A DNA stretch of 32,000 nucleotides from Staphylothermus hellenicus DSM 12710 (GTDB taxonomy: Archaea; Thermoproteota; Thermoprotei_A; Sulfolobales; Desulfurococcaceae). A program made the translations under genes and the position numbers. Positions 25,188-32,000 of this stretch are shown here, one piece after another; the stretch's first letter is position 1, and every line of letters starts with the position of its first letter. The stretch lies in contig NC_014205.1 in the NCBI RefSeq assembly GCF_000092465.1, forward strand, positions 540,001 through 572,000, given 5' to 3'. The notes beneath the pieces were generated by a model, which made no database searches, was not told the DNA's origin, and saw only the letters and a list, made by a program, of their open reading frames with translations.

Positions 25188-26156
25188 TCAGTGTCCAAGA
25201 CTCCTCAATATCTCCTTTAAAGCCTCCATTTGATACCTCAGCTTATTATATCTACGATCAAACTCCTCCATACTTATCTCCCCATCTTTCAGCTTCTTAA
25301 CAAGCTCCTCCATAGCCTTTTCTACCGAGGCAAGCTTGTTCTTAATTATTTCTGCTAAATCCTCTTCTTTCCCTCTACCCTCGTGTTTTACCCCTAGATC
25401 TGATGGTTTATATTCGCCAATTATTCTTCCATCCTCAAGCCTAAATATACGAGAGGCTCTAACAGCTATTCTTGGATCATGTGTTGAAATAATAACTGTT
25501 TTACCATGCTTAATGCTTAGATCTACTAATAACTTAGTTATTTTCAATGCATTCTCGGTGTCAAGCTCTGCTGTAGGTTCATCTGCCAATATTACTGGGG
25601 GATCATTTGCTAAAGCAACGGCAATCGCTACTCTTTGCTGCTCTCCCCCACTAAGCTCTGTTGGTTTATGATGTATTCTACCACTAAGCCCTACTTCTTC
25701 CAATAACCATTTAGCCCGGTTAACCCTAATACTTCGTGGAACCCTGAAAGCAATCATTGGTAGCTCAACGTTTTCAATAGCTGATAATACGGGTATTAAG
25801 TTAAATGTTTGGAAAACATATCCAATAACTCCTAAGCGGTATTTTTCAAGCATATCCTCATCTAGTTCGTGGACAGGTATTTTTCCAGCAAAAACTGTTC
25901 CACCTGTAGGCTTATCCACACCACCAATAATATTTAAGAGAGTCGTTTTACCAGAACCGCTTGGACCCATAATAGTTACTGCTTCACCAGCTAATACATT
26001 AAAAGATACTCCTCGAAGTGCTTGAACCTCTATTCCCCTACCGATCTTATATATTTTCACCAAGTCATTTACAGATATATCTAATCCTTTAACATTATAT
26101 CCTTCTGCTTCAATTCTTCCAGGATTGATCCATTCAGTCAATAATTTGCCTAGCAT
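25188..26156 (-). CDS. ABC transporter ATP-binding protein (MacB/LolD-like) with a C-terminal coiled-coil extension
   Basis: ABC motifs are present: Walker A GPSGSGKTT, signature LSGGEQQR, Walker B ILADEPT and an H-loop STHD. About 85 extra C-terminal residues are rich in E/K heptads. GGTGGAG SD lies upstream of the ATG. Confidence 0.85.
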   Translation of the reverse strand: MLGKLLTEWINPGRIEAEGYNVKGLDISVNDLVKIYKIGRGIEVQALRGVSFNVLAGEAVTIMGPSGSGKTTLLNIIGGVDKPTGGTVFAGKIPVHELDEDMLEKYRLGVIGYVFQTFNLIPVLSAIENVELPMIAFRVPRSIRVNRAKWLLEEVGLSGRIHHKPTELSGGEQQRVAIAVALANDPPVILADEPTAELDTENALKITKLLVDLSIKHGKTVIISTHDPRIAVRASRIFRLEDGRIIGEYKPSDLGVKHEGRGKEEDLAEIIKNKLASVEKAMEELVKKLKDGEISMEEFDRRYNKLRYQMEALKEILRSLGH

Positions 26157-26174
26157 ATTTCTCCACCTTCAAAT

Positions 26175-29100
26175 CTATACATGGCTTCCAAGAAGCATTA
26201 TTGCTTCACGCACGACTCTCTTATATGTTATTTTCACTATTATGTAAGATAGAATTATTGGTAGAAGTAAAATTATCAATATACTAATCAATGAGTTAAG
26301 GCTAATACTTAATATGTATGAAACACCATAAACGTTTTCAACACCTATAGGAGCATAAAATGCATAGGATTCAAATGATACATTAAACAATGCGTATCCA
26401 AGGAATAAACCAATAATTATTCCGGGTAGTACACTAATAATTGACATAGATAATGCTTCAGATACACAAAGCCTATAAACACTACTACTGGGAACCCCGC
26501 GAGCACGCATTAAGGTGTAAGCATATAGGTTCTCAAATATTATCGTATATGTTAGAATAGATATGAATATGAGAGCAACTATGAATAGAGAAATCCCTGT
26601 AGATAGATAATTATTGAAACCGATAACCATGAATTGCTTAGCTTTATCAATGTTTTTCTGCATACCTTTAAAGTTAAGAACATTGTAGCCCTTACTAGTA
26701 AGAGTTTTATCTACAGATCCTTTAACAAATATAAACAAGTATCCTCTAAGAAATTCATTAGTTAAGTTCTTATTTTTCACGAACTTTTCAAGATTCATAA
26801 TATTCATTATTAATCCAGTACTAGTTGGATAAATGAGCTTGATCTGCGCCGACACTACGCCAATAGACATTGAGGAGAAGTAACTAGAATGGGTAATGAT
26901 CGGATTAGCTATGTAGCCAACAGCAGGTATATTTCTAGCTGTCCCAACAATATCTATATTAGCAAGCAACTGGTTATCCAGTTTTATATATGCGTTACCA
27001 GATATGGGTTCAGCTATGATTTCCTCTTCTCTCTCCTTCATAGCATTAATGTTTGCTATAAATATTGCTTTACCAGGATCATTTTCTACCTGCTTAATAG
27101 CTTCTCTAAAATCAAAACCATATCCAAGAGCACTATTAATCTCTACTATTTTTGAGAAATTACCTGGTATAAACATGATCCATACTGGTAGAACCATGGC
27201 TCCCTTTGATAACTCTATTGGTTTAATCGAACCATATATGCTTCTTATGTCGATCAAGAATAATGCATACGTATATGAGCCATTAATATATTCGCTGGCA
27301 TCTTCAACATCTTTATAGATATTGCTTGTATTTGTGAAATCTATTTGTTTAACAACAACATTATCTACTCCACCACTCATAGATATGCTGATATGATCGT
27401 ATAAGAGATTAACACTATCCATACCAACTAATCCACCTAAGACTATTCCAGTAGAAAATGTTCCTAAAACAATTAATAATGCGATGCGTGCTGGTTTTAA
27501 CATTATAAGCCTAGAAGCTAGTATGTGGTACTTTCTTGACACAGCCTTTGCTATCCAAGAGATCATGGAGCTGAGTTTATCCGGATATGAAGCTAATAGT
27601 TTAGTTATAGAATAAATCAATATTACTGGTCCAAAATAGATCATTATAGGTTCTAATATGAATAATAATATAGCACCTATGATTATTGTCGTGTTAGGCT
27701 CTCTAATAGCAAGTAATTTTGCTGGAGAAACTATTTCAGTTGCTCTGATAATATAGTATATGCTTAGAAGCAAAAGTAGTATGGATCCACGGCTTAAACC
27801 TTTCTTGATTAAGGGTAGCTCAGCAAATATGCTTGGCCTAGTAAACTCTCTAGGCTGGATCTTGGAGATATTCTTGAATGTTGAATAGAATGATGCTGTT
27901 ATAAGGATTAATACTGCTACGAAAGACGATATTATAATTAACGGATCGAATGCGCTGTTTAAAAGGTTAAAATATATTGTTTGATCAAATTTTCCAATAT
28001 AAAGTATTTCAGAAAGCAATGAACCCGTGAAAATACCAATGATGGAGCCAATGGTAATCCAAATTATCATTGTAAATAATAATTGGTTTCTTATTTTCTT
28101 TATTGAAATTCCTCTAATTCTAACCAGTGCTATAATTTTCCTCATAGTAGAGACGAGGACTGTGGGGACTCTAGTGGTTGTTAGATAAATAACAGTTAAG
28201 CTTGGAAGTATTGATAAAGCTGAAAATATTCTAATAAACTTTTCCACATCCCTTGCTTCTTGTAATCTTAGAGAAAGATAATCTTTAAATATACCAGTTA
28301 CACACTGTGATATTGAGGTAAGATCTTTTAAAACGCTTTTTATTCTATTCTCTGATGCTTCAACGCTTAGCCCGGTTATCATTTTTTGAGCGTGAAACCA
28401 AAGAATTGTTAAAAGCAGTTTTCCTGAACTAATATTTTCAGTATATGATCTAATAGAAAAAGTGTTTGATGTAAACGATATTTCTCGGCTCATAATTCTT
28501 AGAGGATATTTCTCGAAGTGCTTATCAGCATATGTAGCTAGATCGATAAATGTCTGCTTATCTCCAACTAAGATATAAAGAGTAAAAAGAGGACTAAAAC
28601 TAGTTTGAGCTTCGTAAATATATTTATAGATATCAGTGTATGGAGAGTGTTGATGACTTGGAGTGATCGATATATTTGTTGTATGAGAAAAAGCTTTATC
28701 TAAAACATCATCTACAATATCTGAACGAACAAATACTAAATCTGTAAATGATCTATTATCAATTATTATTTTAGCTCGAGAATTATAAGAACCACTTGGA
28801 AGCCCAACAATAACTCCACTTGTTGTAACATATTTCTCGTTGAGTCCGGGAAAATACATTAGTACGAGTTGAGATGAATAATTATACTTGAAATCATTAA
28901 TGCTGAATCCATTAGGTAAGGAATAGCTTTCAACATAGATATTGAGATATTGTTTAACTTCATCTCTACCTAGCTTATTAGAAACAGTCTTTTCTAGGAT
29001 CCATGGATGATCATTGTTGCTGTAAAATACTATTGCATGACATGGCAGACCACTTGTTAACTCTTTAACCATATCATTTACATATAGGTATGAAGTATTA

Positions 29101-29195
29101 AATGCGGAGATTATAAGGCTTGTAACAGCAATTCCAATAAGAAACAATACAATGAAATATTTGTTAGATAGAAAAATTTTCTGTATCAAATTCAA
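26175..29195 (-). CDS. large ABC transporter permease with two FtsX-like domains
   Basis: 1006 aa. The TTG start has GGTGAT 6 nt upstream, and the next Met lies after the first TM. FtsX-like segments are LVRIRGISIKKIRNQLLF... and LMRARGVPSSSVYRLCVSEALSMSIISVLPGIIIGL.... There are large hydrophilic loops. An 18-nt gap separates it from the downstream ATPase gene. Confidence 0.75.
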   Translation of the reverse strand: MNLIQKIFLSNKYFIVLFLIGIAVTSLIISAFNTSYLYVNDMVKELTSGLPCHAIVFYSNNDHPWILEKTVSNKLGRDEVKQYLNIYVESYSLPNGFSINDFKYNYSSQLVLMYFPGLNEKYVTTSGVIVGLPSGSYNSRAKIIIDNRSFTDLVFVRSDIVDDVLDKAFSHTTNISITPSHQHSPYTDIYKYIYEAQTSFSPLFTLYILVGDKQTFIDLATYADKHFEKYPLRIMSREISFTSNTFSIRSYTENISSGKLLLTILWFHAQKMITGLSVEASENRIKSVLKDLTSISQCVTGIFKDYLSLRLQEARDVEKFIRIFSALSILPSLTVIYLTTTRVPTVLVSTMRKIIALVRIRGISIKKIRNQLLFTMIIWITIGSIIGIFTGSLLSEILYIGKFDQTIYFNLLNSAFDPLIIISSFVAVLILITASFYSTFKNISKIQPREFTRPSIFAELPLIKKGLSRGSILLLLLSIYYIIRATEIVSPAKLLAIREPNTTIIIGAILLFILEPIMIYFGPVILIYSITKLLASYPDKLSSMISWIAKAVSRKYHILASRLIMLKPARIALLIVLGTFSTGIVLGGLVGMDSVNLLYDHISISMSGGVDNVVVKQIDFTNTSNIYKDVEDASEYINGSYTYALFLIDIRSIYGSIKPIELSKGAMVLPVWIMFIPGNFSKIVEINSALGYGFDFREAIKQVENDPGKAIFIANINAMKEREEEIIAEPISGNAYIKLDNQLLANIDIVGTARNIPAVGYIANPIITHSSYFSSMSIGVVSAQIKLIYPTSTGLIMNIMNLEKFVKNKNLTNEFLRGYLFIFVKGSVDKTLTSKGYNVLNFKGMQKNIDKAKQFMVIGFNNYLSTGISLFIVALIFISILTYTIIFENLYAYTLMRARGVPSSSVYRLCVSEALSMSIISVLPGIIIGLFLGYALFNVSFESYAFYAPIGVENVYGVSYILSISLNSLISILIILLLPIILSYIIVKITYKRVVREAIMLLGSHV

Positions 29196-29312
29196 TACAA
29201 TATCACCTATTCCTATTCTACATGATCACGTTTTTGCTTTTAAATTTTACCGAGATATTCATGGATTTAGTTATTTTTGATGATATAGATTGGAGCAATT
29301 CTTTTATTTTAT

Positions 29313-30749
29313 GTGTTGAAGTATAAACTCTTAGAAAATTTACATGATCTATGGTGGATGTTGATGGCTGATGTATTTGGAAATGTATCTTCCGCGTTTA
29401 ATGAAGTGATCGTGCAGATAATAAATTATTTGCCTAGAATTATAGGTGCAGCTATTATAGTATTGATTGGCTATGTTGTGGGTGTTCTTGTAAAGGATGC
29501 TACGAAGATTATTATAGATAAACTATTTGAGAAACCATTGGAGAAGACAAGGTCTGGAAAATCTCTTAAAGAGGCAGGTGTTGATCTAGGTCATTTAATA
29601 GGGATCTTAATGATGGCTCTTGTAATTATTATTTCTATCGTAGCTGCTATAGATGTATTATCGATAACAGGTTATACCGGTGAATTGGTGAGAGCTATAG
29701 CTATAGCTATACTTAACATAACTGCGGGCATTACAATACTGGCAATTGGTATTCCTGTATCAATAATATTTGCGGAGTATATTGCAAGCTTTTTCGGAGG
29801 CTCTTTCAGGGATAAACATGGTTTAGCTGTTTCACTGATTTATGATGTTACAGCACTGGTATTATCTGTGTTTGTCATAGCATTAGCGGTTAAGGTAATG
29901 TTTCAGTATGATCTGCTCCTCAACTACATAGTGTCGGCGGCGCCAGGCTTTATTACAGCTTCAATAATATTATTTGTAGGTTATGTGCTAGGAGATGCTA
30001 TTGGCAAAGTTGTTGACAAGATCATTGATGCAATTGTGGAGAAGCCTCTTGAAGCAACAGATATTGGTAAAAGCATTAAGTCTGTAAATATTGATTTGTC
30101 AGGTCTAATCGGTGGCTTAACAAAAGCATTTGTGATTGTTGTATCAATTGTTGCAGCAGTTGAGATTATAAATCTTGGAGGATTAACGGGTGAGCTAGTA
30201 TACCAGATAGCATTGTATCTGCCCAAGCTAATAGGGGGAATAACACTTTTAACATTGGGCTTAATACTTAGCGTTGCTTTAGCGAGATATGTTGGAAAGT
30301 TCCTGCATGCAATGTTTAAGGAGAAATATGCTGGACTAGCTAGTTTAGCGGAGAACCTTATATTGCTCGGCTTAATAACAGTTATATTAACTATATCGTT
30401 GAACATTATGTTGCTGGAAGGATCCCTTATTTATCCATTAATACTTGGTATAATAATAATAGTTACTGGAGTATATGTAGCGGGAACAGTTGGATCAGTA
30501 CTGGCTGAAACATATCCAACATATAAGAGACTAGCACCCTTCATAGAGTCACTGATAATATTGATATTTGTAGTGATCGGTGCAAGCGGTATATTCTCAC
30601 AGTTCGTTGGAGCAACAAATGTGATAAACACAATAGCTTGGGGTCTAAGCATAGCATTTGCATTAGTACTAGTACCTGTCACATTCTACTATACTAGGCT
30701 AGCATGGAGAGAAGCTATAAAATCAACGGAGGAAGCTAAAGAAGAGTAA
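29313..30749 (+). CDS. membrane protein with duplicated 'conserved TM helix' modules (mechanosensitive-channel-N-terminal-like)
   Basis: 478 aa. There is an internal duplication: ...IIGAAIIVLIGYVVGVLVKDATKIIIDKLFEKPLEKTRSGKSLKEAGVDLGHLIG... matches ...ITASIILFVGYVLGDAIGKVVDKIIDAIVEKPLEATDIGKSIKSVNIDLSGLIG.... The start is either GTG 29313 or ATG 29358. Confidence 0.65.
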   Translation: MLKYKLLENLHDLWWMLMADVFGNVSSAFNEVIVQIINYLPRIIGAAIIVLIGYVVGVLVKDATKIIIDKLFEKPLEKTRSGKSLKEAGVDLGHLIGILMMALVIIISIVAAIDVLSITGYTGELVRAIAIAILNITAGITILAIGIPVSIIFAEYIASFFGGSFRDKHGLAVSLIYDVTALVLSVFVIALAVKVMFQYDLLLNYIVSAAPGFITASIILFVGYVLGDAIGKVVDKIIDAIVEKPLEATDIGKSIKSVNIDLSGLIGGLTKAFVIVVSIVAAVEIINLGGLTGELVYQIALYLPKLIGGITLLTLGLILSVALARYVGKFLHAMFKEKYAGLASLAENLILLGLITVILTISLNIMLLEGSLIYPLILGIIIIVTGVYVAGTVGSVLAETYPTYKRLAPFIESLIILIFVVIGASGIFSQFVGATNVINTIAWGLSIAFALVLVPVTFYYTRLAWREAIKSTEEAKEE

Positions 30750-30796
30750 TAGGCAATGAAACATGTACTTATTGACTAGTAAAGGCTAACTATAAC

Positions 30797-30802
30797 TTTT
30801 TT
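30797..30802 (+). terminator. T6 tract downstream of the TM-helix-repeat gene
   Basis: TTTTTT lies 48 nt after the stop, in an intergenic region. Confidence 0.3.
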
Positions 30803-30884
30803 GTAAATAGCCTTATTCTGAACATTGTAAATAATAAGTATTTATGGAATTATTATTTTCTTAACTATAGAGTGGGAGGGTAAT

Positions 30885-32000
30885 GTGTATAGAAGAATAG
30901 TGATTGTTGATGGATATAATGATGAGCCGGCAGGATTAGGTGTTCCTCCATATATTGATGTTTATCCTAGGCTTGTTGCTGGAGCGGTTTGGCTTGCTAA
31001 TAAAGATGTTGATATAATTTATTGGACTATCGACGAGGTTAGAAATAATATTGGATTATTCATTGATCAAGCTAGGAAATCCGATCTTGTAGTATTTATT
31101 GCGGGTCCAGAAGTTCCAGGGAAATATATTGGTGGAAAACCACTGAGTTATAAGGATGCTGAAAAACTATCTTTTCTCTTAAAAGATACTTTTAAAATAC
31201 TCGTCGGCCCCGCTGCGAGATACGGTTTTGGAGTAGGAGGAGGCTCCGTTGCTGTTGAGAGAAAAATACTATATAGGATATTCGATGAACTCGTATACGG
31301 TGATCCAGAAATATACTTTTATAACTTAGTCAAATATGGTGTTGAAAAAGCTGAGCCGTGGAAGCTTAGGGAAGACTATGAATTAGCTAATAAAGCATTG
31401 ATTCATGGAGCAAAAATAATTAAGCAGCATCCAAACCATGGTTGGAACTTAATAGTTGAAATAGAGACATTCCGTGGATGTCCTAGATGGATAGTTGGCG
31501 GGTGTAGTTTCTGTATAGAACCAAGATATGGTAGGCCATTGATGAGGAAGCCTGAAGACATTGTTAAAGAGGTAGAGCAACTATATAGGTTTGGAGCACG
31601 TCATTTTAGAATTGGTCGTCAACCAGATATACTAGCATATATGGGTAAAGGTGTTGGAGAAAGAGAATATCCTGAACCCAATGTTGAAGCTTTAAAGAAA
31701 CTATTTCATGGAATAAGAAATGTAGCATCAGGGTTAAGGGTTCTACATATTGACAATGTAAATCCTGGAACAATCATACATAATCCCGAAAAATCAATTA
31801 AAGCACTTAAGACAATTGTAAAATACCATACACCAGGCGATGTAGCCGCTCTCGGAATAGAATCTTTCGATGAAAAAGTTGTTAGGATGAATAATTTAAA
31901 AGTTTATCCTGATGAAGCATTAGTGGTTATTAGGATAATAAATGAGATCGGTAAGCATAGGGGTTGGAATGGTTTACCCCATCTGCTTCCAGGTATAAAT
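30885..32000 (+). CDS. radical SAM-type Fe-S oxidoreductase (COG1031-like), 5' part; it continues past the window end
   Basis: This ORF is not in the ORF track because no stop codon falls within the window. The GTG start at 30885 has GGGAGGG 5-11 nt upstream. The frame is open for 372 codons to nt 32000. It contains IVEIETFRGCPRWIVGGCSFCIEPRYG (a Cys cluster) and a downstream TIM-barrel-like segment ...LHIDNVNPGT...AALGIESFDE.... Confidence 0.7.
   Translation, partial: MYRRIVIVDGYNDEPAGLGVPPYIDVYPRLVAGAVWLANKDVDIIYWTIDEVRNNIGLFIDQARKSDLVVFIAGPEVPGKYIGGKPLSYKDAEKLSFLLKDTFKILVGPAARYGFGVGGGSVAVERKILYRIFDELVYGDPEIYFYNLVKYGVEKAEPWKLREDYELANKALIHGAKIIKQHPNHGWNLIVEIETFRGCPRWIVGGCSFCIEPRYGRPLMRKPEDIVKEVEQLYRFGARHFRIGRQPDILAYMGKGVGEREYPEPNVEALKKLFHGIRNVASGLRVLHIDNVNPGTIIHNPEKSIKALKTIVKYHTPGDVAALGIESFDEKVVRMNNLKVYPDEALVVIRIINEIGKHRGWNGLPHLLPGIN

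Noticed and set aside
21381-27318. ORFs 21381..21608, 22233..22775 (180 aa), 24152..24580, 24794..24988, 25336..25671, 26889..27155 and 27004..27318
   Set aside because: All are antisense to motif-supported genes (moeA, hel308, ABC ATPase, FtsX permease). The 180-aa one is Ser/Pro/Thr-rich, typical of the reverse strand of a coding region.
29981-30682. ORFs 29981..30406 (-) and 30431..30682 (-)
   Set aside because: They are antisense to the TM-helix-repeat membrane protein gene and appear to be shadow ORFs.
1-32000. Search for cas genes, transposases/IS elements, integrases, tRNA or rRNA genes
   Set aside because: I found none that I could support. No Cas-like motifs appear in any ORF. There are no terminal inverted repeats flanking an ORF. 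No canonical tRNA cloverleaf or rRNA-like segment was identified by eye.

Overview
AT-rich, compact archaeal chromosome segment. Gene content (AglB/STT3 with WWDYG, ESCRT-III/CdvB-like protein, Hel308 helicase, mevalonate kinase, a CRISPR repeat ending in ATTGAAAG, many TTG/GTG starts with GGTGA-type SD motifs) points to a hyperthermophilic crenarchaeon, perhaps Desulfurococcales-like; this taxonomic guess is inference only. About 29 CDS are supported. They are mostly housekeeping: ornithine carbamoyltransferase, MFS transporter, AglB, Mrp/NBP35 ATPase, MgtE-like transporter, mevalonate kinase, amidohydrolase, C-N hydrolase, MoeA-PBP fusion, Hel308, a MacB/FtsX-type ABC pair, a TM-helix-repeat protein, and a radical-SAM protein running off the right edge. 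The accessory-looking part is the left 5 kb. It holds a 10-repeat, cas-less CRISPR array (1480-2091, transcribed on the minus strand) that abuts a vapBC toxin-antitoxin pair. The only in-frame start codons of the antitoxin ORF lie inside, or 5 nt beyond, the terminal repeat. About 800 bp of non-coding DNA follows, containing a decayed repeat beyond the leader. Next come a YgeW-type 'knotted' carbamoyltransferase paralog and a conspicuously G+C-rich, hairpin-dense intergenic island (about 4856-5056) that I could not assign to any RNA class. The most interesting hypothesis is that CRISPR read-through plus Cas6 cleavage of the terminal repeat would release a nearly leaderless vapBC mRNA. No similarity searches were possible, so all family calls rest on motifs read directly from the translations.
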